Shown here: positions 1 to 14,119 of the stretch, one piece after another
Layout of the letters: each line of letters starts with the position of its first letter
Numbering within the stretch: the first letter of the stretch is position 1
Source of the DNA: Nageia nagi
Taxonomy: Eukaryota > Plantae > Pinophyta
Direction: 5' to 3'
NCBI GenBank assembly: GCA_050084985.1
Contig: JBITNC010000001.1
Location: forward strand, 71,672,001 to 71,736,000
Length of the DNA: 64,000 nt
The notes under the pieces: model-generated
Databases searched by the model: none
Seen by the model: only the letters and a program-made list of their open reading frames with translations
What the model was told of the DNA's origin: nothing
Made by a program: the position numbers and the translations under genes

Positions 1-1
1 A

Positions 2-2605
2 ATTTGTTCAAAGAGAGCAGTTCGAGATATACCAAGTATCAAAAAACCACCAAGTAGTATTTGTTCTTCATGCCAAAAGGGTAAGCTCACTAGATCCACT
101 TTCAAGATAAAGGAACACTATTCTAGCAAACCATTAGAGCTTATTCATACTGATTTGTGTGGTCCTATGAGAACACAAAGTTTAAATGGAGATAGGTACT
201 TCATGCTATGTATAGATGATTATTCTAGGATGACATGGATACTATTCTTGAAACACAAGTCAGAAGCACTTGAAAAATTTAAGACCTTCAAGAACCTAGC
301 AGAAAATTAGATTGGAAGAAGAATCAAATGTTTAAGATCAGATAGAGGAGGTGAATTAATTTCAGATGATTTTAATGAATTCAGTCATGAGTATGGTATC
401 AAGAGATAGTTTTCAGTAGCAAGAACACCTTAGCAAAATGGTGTAGTAGAAAGAAAAAATAGGTCAATTCAAGAAATGGCACAAACAATGTTGACAGAAA
501 GCCACATAGCTGACATGTTTTGGAAAGAAGCAGTCCACACAGCAGTTTATATTCAAAATAGATGTATGTTGAGGCCCCATGAGAATAAGACACCCTATGA
601 ATTATGGTTCAGTAAAAAGGCATCAGCAAAATACTTCAAAGTATTTGGGAGTAAGTGCTACATCAAGAGGATGGAAGAAAATCTTGGTAAGTTCGATGAT
701 AGAGCGGATGAAGGTATATTTCTTGGTTACTCAATAAAAAGCAAGGCTTACAAATGTTACAATAAAAGACTTAAAAAAATTGTTGAGAGTGCAGATGTCA
801 AGATTGATAAACTAAGAGTACCTCCAAAAGATAATAATGAAAATTTTCCAGAATATATTGAGGCAGATGAGGTAGAGGAACAACCAGAAAATCAACCAAA
901 GAATGGCTCAGGTAACTCACATAGTGGTTTAGAAATAGAAGAAAATCAAAAACACAAGACAGGTAAATAGCAAAAAGATCATCCAATTGACCAAATAATT
1001 GGAGATCTAGATACTGGAGTTTAAACAAGAAGAAGAACAATAAGAACATATTCTCTTCTCTCAAGCATAGAACCAAAAAATATTGTAGAGGTAAGTCAGG
1101 ATGAAAGTTGGATCAAAGCAATGGATGAAGAACTAGACCAAATTGAAAAGAATCAAACTTGGGAGTTGGTACCAAGGCCCAAAAATAAAAATGTGATTGG
1201 CACCAAGTGGATTTTTCACAACAAGCTTAATGAAGATGGAAAAGTAATAAGAAACAAAGTGAGATTGGTTTGTAAAGGGTATGCTCAAGTTGAAGGTATT
1301 GATTTTGAAGAAACTTTTGCTCCTGTTGCTAGATTAGAAGCTATCTGTATGTTTCTTGCTTTGGTAGTCTATAAAAACTTCAAAGTTTATCAAATAGATG
1401 TAAAATTAGCATTTTTGAATGGAAATCTTAATGAAGAAGTTTATATTGAGCAGCTACACAGATTTCAGATAAGTGAGAATCTAGATTTTATGTGCAAATT
1501 AAAAAAGGCACTTTATGGTCTAAAATAAGCACCTAGAGCATAGTACTCTAGACTTGATACATATCTACATCAGCAAGGTTTTAAAAAGGGTATGGTGGAT
1601 AGTAATCTCTACATTAAATCTGAAAATAATCACCAAGTTATCATTGTTATTTATGTAGATGATATTATTTTTGGAGGTAGCAAAGATGAAATGTGCAAAG
1701 ATTTTGCTAACCAAATGTAAACAGAGTTTGAAATGTCAATGATAGGTGAACTTTCATATTTTCTTGGTTTGCAAGTTAATCAAATAAAGAATAGCATTTT
1801 TATTTCGTAACTTAAGTATTTTAAATAGATATTGAAAAAGTTCACTATGGAGGATTGCAAGCCTATGAACACTCCTATGATGATAGGCTGCAAGCTAAGC
1901 AAGGATGATAAGTCACCATCAGTAGATCAGACTATGTACAGGTCAATGATTGGGAGCCTATTATATTTGACAGCTACCAGACCCAACATACTTTAGGTAG
2001 TGTGTATGGTTGCATGGTTCCAGGTAAGTCCAAAGGAAACACATGTGACTGCAGTAAAATAGATTTTTCGATACCTTAAAGGTACAATGGACTATGGCCT
2101 ATGGTATCCCATAGGAAAAGATTTCACACTCATTACTTTCTCAGATGCAGATTGGGTAGGATGTGTAGATGACAGGAAAAGCACTAATGGCGATGCATTT
2201 TACTTGGGTAATAATCTTGTCAGTTGGCACAGTAAGAAACAAGAATCGGTATCATTATCCATCGTAGAAGCAAAGTACATAGCAGCGATATCATGTTGTA
2301 TACAGGTTATATGGATGAAACAAATGATGAAAGATCTAGGAATTTAGATCACTGAGCCTATTTCAATTATGTGTGATAACACAAGTGCAATCAATATTTC
2401 TAAGAATCCAGTCATGCATTCAAGAATAAAACATATTGCTATTTGATATCATTTTTTGAAGGAAAAGGTTGCAGAAGGAGAGGTAAAGTTAGAATTTGTT
2501 CCCACATCAGAGCAAGTAGTAGATAAATTTACTAAACCATTACCCAAAGAATTTTTTGAGTACCTACGAAAGAAATTGGGAGTGGTGATATTGTCCAAGT
2601 ATTGA
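2..2605 (+). pseudogene. Copia pol (integrase, reverse transcriptase, RNase H) with many in-frame stops
   Basis: LELIHTDLCGP and KCLRSDRGGE (integrase); [21 protein letters not shown] and YVDD at 1652-1663 (RT); DADWVG..DRKST (RNase H). ORF-track pieces 476, 1121 and 2087 all share frame +2. Stop TGA at 2603-2605. Confidence 0.95.
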
Positions 2606-2625
2606 CTAGCTTTTGGGCGTACAAT

Positions 2626-2820
2626 CTCAGGGGGAGTAATTTTGTATTTGTTTATCTTTTTACTCCTGTATAATTATATTCTTTTGTATACTAATTCACA
2701 CCTAAGTATTGTGTATATGGACTCAGGGGGAGTCCACAACACCCCTTTGTATTTGTTGTCAAAGGGGGAGAAGAGTAACAAGTTTTTGCATGTGTTGCCA
2801 ACAATTCCAAAGGGGGAGAT
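2626..2820 (+). promoter_or_regulatory. Multiple polypurine tracts before the 3' LTR
   Basis: ctcagggggag at 2626 and 2722, aaagggggag at 2761, and aaagggggagat at 2809-2820 directly abutting the LTR TG. Confidence 0.85.
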
Positions 2821-4802
2821 TGTTGAGTATGGTGTAGCAGTGTTGTCATTATTGTCAACATGATGAGATCAGTGTGATAAGGTTCATATAGTTGCATGTG
2901 TCAAAGAAATAACATCAATAAGATCTACAAAGTTGTCGGATGCAAAAATGATAAAGGGACCAAAAGTTGTCATGAGGTACCAAAAAGTTGTCAAGAGGGT
3001 CAAATTACAAATGGAAGGTGATGGACAGTGAGAGATGGTTTGGATCAGTTTTTGGGTTGATAACAAACTTGTGTGAAGCATTGTAATGGTCAAATTTCAT
3101 ATTGGTTCAGTTTTGGGCACTCTTGTGGATTATGGTGCAATCAGAAATTTGTATAAAATTGGCTTCGTACAATTTGAATTGCAAGCAAACAGTGATGAAT
3201 CAGAGGTTGCAATTTAAATCATATATAGTACTATATACCAAGAATTTATATTCCAAATTTCATAGCAAGATCATAATCAAGGAAGAAATGGTACAAGCTG
3301 CAAAATGCCACTCTGTAACTTTTTGACTGTTTGAGCATAAATTTTGGAAATAGTAGGTTGGTTGTTTTGAGCTCTAAAAGTCTTCAAATTTAGAATTTAA
3401 AAGTTTTTACCGTATAACTTGATGATATAAACAACTTTGTATTTTGAACCATCTTGATTTGAGGCCTCGAACTATGAGAACCTATAACTTGCACAAATCC
3501 AAGCATAACAAAATACCTGTGAAATTTGTGTCGGAGGCCACTTTGCGAAAAGTACTGTGTGCAAACTATGAGGAGTTAAAGCTTAAAATTTGGATATAAT
3601 ATATTTAGTTTATATTAAAAACATGTGGTCCAAATTTCATGTTAAACTGTGCACTCAGTAAGAAGTTATAGCTCATCAAAAAAGCTATTAGAGCTTTTTT
3701 TCTTAATTTTCCAATTTTGGCCGACAATGGTTTTAAGTGACAAGCAAAAAGGAATAGTGTGTATGATTTGAAAAAAATGCTCTCTCCTTTTATTTTATAT
3801 CTCAGTTATCGCACTTCTATTTAAGGCTCAAGAGTTCTTTTATCATGTGACACTTTTAAAAAAAAAAAAAAAACCAAGAGAGGAGAAGATAAAAAGACAG
3901 ATTCGAGCTTTGAAAGATTTTTTGGCATCTATGTGAAATTTGTCATACCATTTTGTATCATACAGAAATGGAACACACATTCTAAGTGCATTCAAGGTAT
4001 TATCTTCAACCAATTTGAATAAATTCAGATTTTTCTGGGTTTGTGTTTTGGCAGTGTAGCTTGTTATTGAGAGGTGTGTGAAGCAGTATGAGTAACGGAT
4101 ATCTCAAAAATGAATGTTTTCTTGATAATTCTATAAGTGTTGAAAATTATATATGTTTGTGAGAAATTATATCAGTTTTGATTCAAAATATGAGGAGTTT
4201 CCTTGGTGAAAAATAACGGTAGCCCTTTCAGTGATATGAGCAACAGTTTCTTGATCCGATTTTGAGCGTTTTTAAGTAGACAGGAATCCAAAGCAAATGT
4301 GTATGAATTAAAAGGGGTTTTAGATTATAGATGAATTGAAAGCTATTGGCATGAGCATAAATAAAATAGAATATGATTCAGATTGTATTTTGTGAGAAAA
4401 GTTTTGAGCTAGACCATTCCGGGTCTTGGGTAACTGGTTATCAATATTTCATTCCATCTTATTAAATCTATCAAGTGGTGCTTGGTAAGTGGAGTTGGTG
4501 CTCCTTGCAGTGGATGCTGTAAATCTTAGGGGTTGGTGCTCCTTTCAATTGGTGCTGATAAATTATATGTAAAGTTGGTGCTTTACAATGGCTGGATTTG
4601 GATTGAAGTCCAAGCAATCTTTTTCAAGGATGTAGCCACATTGGTAAACCTTGTTATATCTTGTGTTGTGTGTTTGCTATCTTGGTGTGCTTGTTCTATT
4701 TGGTTTTATTTCTCTACTATACTATTTAAATTTTCTAGATTTAAAGTTTTAAAATTGAAACATTGATTCACCCCTCCTCTCAATGTCACACATAGTTCAA
4801 CA
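2821..4802 (+). repeat. 3' LTR of the Copia element (1982 bp)
   Basis: Starts TGTTGA right after the PPT and ends TCAACA. C-rich signal cattga-ttcacccctcctc-tcaatg at 4761-4785. Confidence 0.85.
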
Positions 4803-4829
4803 ACGACTACCCAGGTAAAATCTTGAGGT

Positions 4830-6220
4830 TCTTGATCTTACCTAATAATGAGTCATGGCTTTGTATCTCTAGGGTTGGTCTATCCTCCCCTAGAGCCTCC
4901 TCACTAGTGCTAACCTCCTTATCTAGAACCTCCATCTCAAGTGGATCCTCTATAGAAGCCATCCCAACATCTTACTCTCCCTCCACACCAAGATCCATGC
5001 TAGGATCCTCCACCTCCTCTAGCTCATCTTGCCATTAGATAATAATAGTAACTCCAACATCATCTACATTGATATCCTCATCCATATCCATGTCTTTATC
5101 AAGATTAGGTTCTACATAAACCAAGGGCTCAAGATCCTCTACTGGAAGGTACCCTCCCTTTGATATCTAGTAGGCTTAAGAGTAATATCTTGTATGAGCC
5201 TAAACTACCATATGACATAATCAAATTGAAAATACTCCAAAATGTTATTTCATCAACCACTAAGGAGCCTTATTTTTCTACTACCAATAAGCTCAACCTC
5301 AAGTTCATCCCATATTGGATATAGACAATATGAGTGAAAATTGACATGATCAAGAATGAGCTAACTCAGCATGTCATGATATAACCCCACATTGCGATGA
5401 ACCCCATATATAGGATGGATGTAGAAATTCTCCCTCCATTGCATGATCCTTGTGAGATACTTAGCATGAGAAGTAAAATCAAGAATAGGAAGTCCATGAG
5501 GGCATACCATAGAAATATGCTCATACACCCATGCTTATAAAGTGACTATAACAATCAACAAGGTCTTCTAACCCTAAGAATAAAAGAAAAGCTCCCTATA
5601 AAATTACACCAACAAAGTAGGATCCCAAGAAAAGATAGTGTCATGTTGCATCATATCTAACACTACTTAGATTAATGATCAAGGAAACCTACCACTACCT
5701 ATATTAGGTAATGCATAGCACTAGATACACCCCATCAATAATGAGAACCTAATACTCCACTGCTGATCATCATGCCAATACTAAAGATACTTGATCTCAC
5801 ATGAGCTAATCTTAGATATGATCATATAAACTTAGTCACCCTATATAAGTAAGAAATGATAAGTCTAATGTCATCTTGATTAAAGACATGTTGAATCCTT
5901 TAACCATGAATGGGTAATTTGTATAAGTGGTGGATATCCTCCATAGTAATCATCATCTCCCTTGTTACGAGATGAAAGGTAGACATGGTGGAGTGCCACA
6001 TCTCAATAAAATCCACCACAAGAGAGTAATCCTAATGGATACAACCCATGTATGTCCCAATGTTGAAACCCACACTTCAAAGAAATATGTGGTCCATAGT
6101 GTAAGAAAAGCATGATCATCCTAAAGGATTGTAGGGTAACAACCCCTAGGGTTGAACATAGCTTGAACCTAGAATGCAAAATTATCTCATTAATAAAAAT
6201 ATTAACTCTAAAGACCAAAT
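4830..6220 (-). pseudogene. Degenerate plant mobile domain (PMD, MAIN-like) gene, antisense cargo of a Tat/Ogre-like Gypsy element
   Basis: Minus strand 6007-5928 reads IEMWHSTMSTFHLVTREMMITMEDIHH, matching the PMD motif ERW..ET.TFHLP.GE.TITLEDV. Boundaries approximate. Confidence 0.75.
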
Positions 6221-7149
6221 GTTAGCAACTTAAATATATAATTCATAAAATCATCGATGATATAATGGCTAAGTCACATAGACACTAGCATATACTGACT
6301 AAACTTTGGTGACTCTAAAACCCTTCGACCATGGTTGATGACCACAGTTGTGGCACTTAGAAAATAAGAAAAGGTTAATAAAGTTACCAAAATGCAATTT
6401 GCAAATTAATAAAAAGTGCCTAAACATGCAAAAAATACTACTATAGATTCACTTTTTTAAATTAGGCACTAAAAATAATGAATTTCATAAAAATAAAATA
6501 AAAAGAGGGTTTAAAAACCCTACCTCCTCTTTCATTGATTGTCTCCAAAGAGCTCGTCTCCTCCTCAAAGCATGCTAGCTCACAAAATATGATAAGGTAA
6601 GAAATAGGTGGCCCATGGTGGAAAAAAGAGACAAGTCACTCAAAGATCATAAAAATAGAAAAATACAAATGAGAAAATGATAAGTCACTGTCTTTTTATT
6701 TTGACTGTGAATTGAAACACTAGCAATTTTAAAGTAGATGTTGATGATTAGAACCAGTCACTGGTGACTTATAACATTATAAAAATACTCAACATACAAC
6801 ATCTAAAAATTACAAAAGGGAAGAGTGAATAAAAAACTTAAGCCCTCCTTCTAGTTTAGGTTTAGCTTAGGTTCATATTGAGATGAAAGCAAAAAAATAT
6901 TATAATATGAAGTAATTAAGCCCTTCTTCTATGCAAGGTAAATACAAAAGTATGTGTAGCATATATTACAAAAATATAAAAAATCTAATTAAAACTCCTC
7001 ATCATTAATCCTTGATAAGATAATAAAAATACACAAAAATAAATAACACTCTTACTTGTTAAAATAGCTAAAGTCACATGTTTAAAACAAATTGAATTTC
7101 ATGAATAGTTCAAATTCAAAAAAATTGAACATGATTAACAAATGTGATA

Positions 7150-8170
7150 TGATCTTTTTATGTAAGATCATTATGTACCCTAGCTAATAGGATGGAAGTC
7201 AATAAAATTGTACACACAAAACCCATAATATATCTTGTATTAGCTTTGATATATGGAGGCAAGCCAAGCATCATCACATATCTACCACAAATAGTACATA
7301 GTATTGATATATATATGAGCATCATTTTCATGTACATGTATACATAAAACCTATAATTTATCTTGTACTAACTTCATCATACTAAGGTGAGCTAAGCATC
7401 ATCATGTATTTGCCACAAACAGCGCATAGTATCAAGATAGATATGAGAATCATTTTGGTATACACCACTATGGCTTACAAAATATGATAAAGTGTAAAAG
7501 TGACTAGAACATGAGTTGATCATGATTCGACCAATCAAATTTTACCTATTCATAGATATTTGGTAGAATTTAAATATCGATCAAGCATTAACACAAGTTA
7601 GGGGTCTTAAACAAAACCCCAACCTAAAAAAATGATTATCATAACATATACAAAAAACTCTAAAAATTGAAAAATGTATCAAAGACAAAATGAAACAAAT
7701 TGCTCACTCATTGATTTGACCAAAGTTAAGTGTTTCAAAAAAACTAAAACCTATGAGTAATTACAAATTCAAAAAATAACCCTTCTTTTGATAGGCAAAA
7801 GAAGGATGAGATTGGATATGACTAAGTACATTGTATGGACTTTTGTATAAGATCATTATGTAACCTAATTTGTGGGATCAAAAGTAGAACAATCAAGACA
7901 ATTGTATTCATAGGGTAACTTCTTTATCACATACTAGCTTTGGCATACATAGATGACATAGTAGCTCATCACGTACTACCACAAACAACAAATAGTATGG
8001 TGATATCGATAAATTTCACTTTGATAATACAATCCTGCTACTGTCAAAATATGTCAAATGTAAAAGATCAAAAAATGAATTTAATTATAATTCAATAAAT
8101 AAAATTTTTCTATTCATAGAGAATTGGTTAATCCAAAATATTGACTAAAGTTAAAAACACAAGTTAAGAA
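7150..8170. repeat. Nested degenerate direct repeats in the Gypsy 3' UTR (~128-bp unit inside a ~690-bp unit)
   Basis: The atcttgta..agcatcatca..ccacaaa..atagtat unit occurs at ~7232, ~7360 and ~7927. taagatcattatgta occurs at ~7162 and ~7848, and ctattcataga..acacaagtta at ~7546 and ~8110. Confidence 0.7.
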
Positions 8171-8254
8171 ACTTGAATACACCAATCTTCAAAATGGTAA
8201 GTTTTTGAGTTAACTCTTGCTTACAATTAGCAGATAATTCAAAAAGGGGAAACA

Positions 8255-9932
8255 TGTAGACACCCAAAAATTATCCTTCTTTTGATAGATAAAATAAGAA
8301 TAAAAAAATAGGATAAAATTAAAAAGTTAACCATATTCTATCAATCATCAACATTCAAATTCAATTATCAGTGACTCAGATGAAACACTTGTGTCCAATA
8401 CCTAGATGCTAGCGACTCTATAATTGGCAAAAGAAAAATAAAAATGAAAACTCCTAAAATATCTTAGGAAGAAAGCAAGGGATAATAGATGACTCATCAT
8501 CCATCCTGTGTATCTCAACTTTGGATCATATCCATGACAAAAATGGATAGGCTTTTCTATCCTAAATTCTGTCTAAAAATTAGAAACTTTTCCTATTTCT
8601 AAAATCTATAAATAAAGCCTTCTACAATGAAGCAAGGGATCTAATTTGAATACAAAGTTACTCTATCAAAATACCTCTAGATTAATTGAATTAAGTGCAT
8701 TATAGTTTCACATTTTTACATGTTTGTTTATGATCAATATTGTGCTTATTCTTATGATATAAATAGGTATGTTTGATGTCTTTTTTGTTCGCATATGTGA
8801 AGGGTCCACATGTGTGGAGCAACGAAACTAAATAGAGAGAGTCACATGAAATTGGAAAAGAAAAATCCAAACTTATTATAGGTTTCAGAAGATCATTTTT
8901 TAGGCTTGAATATATTGTAAATAGGCCTATAGAGGCCTAAATATTATTTTATATAAGCCCTTTTGCATGAAAATGAATTGAAATATATTTGTAATTGTAT
9001 CATTAAGGTCTATTCATGAGTAATAAAGAAAAATATTGGTCATGATATGTATTTTCTTGTTTGCTAATAGGGTTACTTTTTGAGTACAACACTAATGTAT
9101 CTAACACCTTTATTCTTCACAACACTCATACTTATATTTTTCATGCTAAGGAATCTATGCTAATAAACTTGTAACAAAATATGACATAGAAAAATATATA
9201 TAACTAACTTCATATCAAATTTTATTCTAACACATTTTACAATTTTGATCCAAATCTTGAATTCCCTAGAGCCATTTCCCATTCATCTTGACATCTTTTA
9301 TGTATTTGGGACTCAAAACCTAGATTTTGTCATCAAGATCATCTTCTTGGAAGGAAAATGTATTTAGCCAGATGTATAACACTATCTTCATGCTCTTGTA
9401 TCAAATAGATCTATTAGAATCATATGCTTGAACTATTAGGGCTTGAATCCTCAACATAAGGTCTACAATATGTAGCACCTTTGGAATCATCTTCATTTAG
9501 TTCCTAGGTCACTTGTGGTGGAGTCTTAGACTGTAGGAGGTAAGTGAAAACTTCTACCATAGCTTCACCAAATATTACCTTCTTTTCTTGATCAAAAGTT
9601 CATCAAAATTGAATACTCCTCAAAAGAGCTAAGACCACCTTTGTTCTAACTCTGCCAGACCTTTGACGATGTCTACACCTCACAAAACTATCAAAGTTTT
9701 GCCAAAATCAAATACCATGAAAGTATTGACTAAGTCATTTTTCTTACTAATTTTTTCATACTTTCAATGGGTTGAGTGTGTGTCAAAACTATCAAACTTT
9801 CACTAAAGTCAAACTTCAATATTTTGCATAAAATTATCTAATTGTAATCATATCAACAACATTATAGCTATCAAAAGGGTGTACCCATGCAAAATAACCT
9901 TATTTACCCAAAAAAATATGTATGGATATACA
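8255..9932 (+). repeat. Tat/Ogre-like LTR with PPT upstream and PBS downstream
   Basis: Preceded by aaaaaggggaaaca, starts TGTAGACACC, ends GGATATACA, and is followed by ttttggtgacttagcagagga (degenerate tRNA-Arg-type PBS). Confidence 0.6.
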
Positions 9933-9979
9933 TTTTGGTGACTTAGCAGAGGATTTGTGCCATCAAATATTAAACTTAT

Positions 9980-12900
9980 TCTTAGAAAATTGAAACCATA
10001 TATAGAAAAATTGATGATCTATACAAGATAATACCTAATACTACTCCTTCTTTAGATGTATTTTTTGGTAATATAACCAAAGCTATAGCCCATTCTATAT
10101 CAGATGGAATACTTATTTCTTGTGTGAGTATGGCTAGGGAGATAAACTGATCAATTAACTTTAAGCTAATGTTAGATCTTATCTTGAAAAATTTATTCAT
10201 CCACTTATCTACTTTTATCATCTATTGGGAAAATTTAGAGAACTTATCTTCAAAATTATCTTCGACCAAATCCATAAATTTATCATTGGACTTATATGCA
10301 GAGTTACAAAATGCTTTCATTTGTTCTAAAGTATATACACTTTTATCTTTCTTATAGATATGTGGCATCTTATTCTTAACAAAAATTATCATTGCTTCAT
10401 TTAATTTACTCATCTCCAATTTCAATTACTTTATACATCTTTCCACATAGAGCATTAGCTCTTGTAGATAAGCACATTTTGGGATATGGCCAATACTTTA
10501 TCATAGGTGTTACCAACATCGATGTCTATGATATCTTTTTGGTTCAATACTTTGATGATTTCTACATTCTCTACTAACATCTTGACTATTATATTCTTTA
10601 CATCCAATATAAATTTGTATTCTTCCATTTTCCTCTCGTAATACAATACATATTTTCAAATGGAATTCAACAAATCCAAAATGGAGATTACTTTGTTCCA
10701 ATATTTGATATCTATATTTTTCAAGGTATCTATGGGAAACTTTGCTTTTTTTTATGCTTGTATCTTTGAAGTTGGAGAATTCTATTCTTTACTTTTTAAC
10801 TTTTCTTCCAACTCAACCTTTATTCTATCCAAAATTGTCATAGACTACCTTCATGTATTAATCCTTCTTCATACTTGCATCCTAAGCAATCTTAATATCT
10901 TCTAGTAGCTTTTTCTTCTCTTCTTCTAAATTCTTGTACTCCTATTTTCCTTTGAGGGTTCCCTTCAACGCATCTATTTCTAACAATAGTGCTTGAATCC
11001 ATCCATTTTTCATGAGTAGCTCTATATCTTTAGCCTTTACATCTTTCTCTCTTTCTTTTATGATTTCATTCAACTTGGAGGATTCAACTACTTATTATAT
11101 CTATGATATCTATCGGTTCAAAAGGTTTATATGTTTCATATAAAATTATTTTTTCTTAAGGGTTGTGGCTTGTAGTTTTTCTATCTTCTTCTCAAATATT
11201 GTAATGTTAATGTCCATTAGGGTCATTTTAGTCTTCATTATCTTCCTTTTATCGATCTGGATAATCTTGTCTAATCTCAACTGGAGAGATATGCCCTAGC
11301 ATCATTAGGTTATTTGGTATTCACACCCATCTATGTTGTTGATATCTCCAACACTTGCTTTTGGAAATCTACTGTTGTATCTAGTTGAATCTAACCCAAG
11401 ATCTTTTATTTTATGATGTTTCTCAAACCATCTTTATTAGATTTTTAAATACTACCATAGCCAATGGATTGAGAGGTAGCATTAATTTTCTTGACAAAAA
11501 TGTGTTGGACCATAGTAACAACTACATATTCATCCTTTGATTTATCACTAATAGAAACCATGGGTTGTCAGCTTACCAAAATAGAATGGGGAGGATAGGT
11601 CATACCTTAGGTTTGTTTTGGAGATTGCTTTGTTGTTGTTTGCACTTTTGGTAATACTTTATGCCTCTTTTATGGTACTAGAGGCCCTTCCTTAATGGTG
11701 AAGGTGGTTTCCTTTGGATTCTCTATCTCTTGAACACCCAAAATGGTTGTGTCAATTTAGATTCATCACTTCCATTGGCTCCTAGATTCTTGATTGCATG
11801 CTCATCACTTTTAGTAATTGATCTTTGCATGATCACCTTTTGTGGCTTTTTCCTAAGTGGAGGTTTTTCCCTTTTCTTTACCCTTTTAGTTTTCTATGGG
11901 GCCTCTTCAAAGGATTTCTATATTTTTTAGATCAATTTTTTCTTGGTTGGAGCCTCTAGTTTTTCTAGTTGTTTTACTAGAGTGACATCTTTCTTTTCAT
12001 GTTTTGTCATTTTATGTTTATCCTCTTCTATGGACTTCTTCTCTAACTTCTTCAAATAATCCCTTTCTTCTTCAAACATAGTCTCATCACTAACCCTTCC
12101 AATGACATTTTGTCTAGGTATGATAGCCTATTTCTTATATTCTTCTAATAATGCTAACTCTTCAATAGTCATCTTGCCTTTACCTTTTATGGACTCTATA
12201 ATTGTTTCTACTATTTTGGCTTTCTTTTTTTATAATTCTATGGTAAATTCCTTATGATAGACATATGAGAATGCCTTATCCTGATCACACATTGATGGTA
12301 GAGACTTTTGTTTTCTTTCCACATGGTATTACATGAAATATTTCTTCTTATTCTCTAGCCAATTGGAATTGTCAAGGCTCTTTTAAAGAGCCTTAAGCAA
12401 ATTGATGTCCTTGTTGGAGGTGAAACAGTACTCAATCTTAACAATATACATTTTCCTCCATAAGTGTAGGCAAGATACCTCTATCAAGGCTTCTAAAAAA
12501 AATGGTCCATCTTTCAAGTTATTCTTGAAACCTTTGAATTTTTCCTTCAACACCCTAATGAATTTTGAGGCCTTTGAGTTGACCATATTTAGGTATGCTA
12601 TGAAGACTCCCATAGGATCATATGACCAAGAGACTATAATTTGTTGTATTTCCAACCTCTCCATCTTGTGTGTCAAGTATTCCCAACAAACTTTATTGTA
12701 GACTTGGATGGAGTTAAATCCTAATGCATAAGAATACATTCCCTTCTTGCCTTTTGGGACTCCCCATGATGTTTTCACATAATCTTCTTATCTGAAAACC
12801 TCCATCCCAAAGACCCATTATGAGATAAAGAATAGGAGTTTCATGGGATTCTCATATAACCCATTCAAAATGATGATTGTGAAATTTTTGGTGAAATAAA

Positions 12901-13950
12901 CATCCCCTTTATAAAAAATAGCCTTGCTTCAAATCAATTAGAATCATTTGGGACAACTAAGGTTGGTTCTTAACAAAAATAAAATTTAGATTGGGGTAGA
13001 TAAATTACCTCACAAAATCATAGTAAGCATTAGTTATACTAAGGCTCTATGTCCATTCATATACTCTTTGGGGATTTCCATTCTCATATGTCTAGGATAG
13101 GTATAGATCTAGGAAGACTTTGGGGAGTTTATGGAGGAGGATCCAACATAGTAGAGAGGAGAAATGATATGCATTAAGCCTATATTTATTGGAAAACCTT
13201 ATAGCCTCCTTATTACCTATGAACTCATACCAATCCATACAATACTTGGGAAAGTTCCCAATTACCCTATAGGCCATAGTCACATTCTCTAGCTACACTA
13301 TCTAAATATCCTTCTCCCCACACAACACCATGATCATCACGATGATCCATGATAAGTTCAATTTGAACCTTGAGAACCCATAGTATTTCTTTTTCTCTAT
13401 AGTGGAGATTAACAAGTATGGATTCAACCAATCTAATAGGTACTTGTTTGTGTTTGGTCCATCCACCCTCACTCTTGCCTAAGGCTTCTTGTCATCTAGT
13501 TCAAAGAAGGCTATGTACAAAGCTTTCTTGTTCAAGTTGAAGATAGTGACTCCTTATTGATTTTGTACTTTCTGGATCTCAACCAATGTTAGTGGGGCTA
13601 GGGTTTCTACTAGTTTTAGGCATGGGTGGTATCTTTCCCACATAAAGGGTACTATGAAATCTATTTTATACAAAAGATCCAATAGGGATTTATCTTTGTC
13701 CTCATTGGCTTTAGAGGGTCTAACCTTCAAATCTATATATGTCGATAGGCTAGTATCAAAGAAGTTTTCATTCCTATCCTTAATGATATTCTAAGATATG
13801 GAAGACTTACCCATTTTGGCAAAGATTTATGAATTTGGATGGCAGAAATAAGCTTGGAAGCTAAAATTGCAAGATGCTCTGTAGACCTTAAGCTCCAAAG
13901 CATGAAGGTAAAATGACTAAGGCATGCTCTAGCTAGATTAAAATCAATAA
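9980..13950 (-). pseudogene. Decayed extra ORF downstream of the Gypsy integrase (K/E-rich, coiled-coil-like)
   Basis: Chain of collinear minus-strand ORF fragments (9982, 10222, 10455, 12383) with purine-rich coding bias. No recognised domain. Confidence 0.45.
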
Positions 13951-14119
13951 GCATACATTTACTATATTAATTAATGAAATATTCACCTTAAAATTATGTG
14001 GTGGGAAAATTAGAAATTTAAAATATATACAACATTTACATAAAATACACCTACATGATTAATGAGTGGAATATAACTTTAAATGTTGGTATTTGATCAT
14101 GATCAGATGGATCTAACCA

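Larger units (their letters stand above)
1..4802 (+). mobile_element. Ty1/copia LTR retrotransposon, 3' half (INT-RT-RH, PPTs, 3' LTR), SIRE/Sirevirus-like
   Basis: Copia domain order in frame +2, four AGGGGGAG polypurine tracts, and an LTR with TGTTGA...TCAACA ends. The 5' part lies outside the window. Confidence 0.93.
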
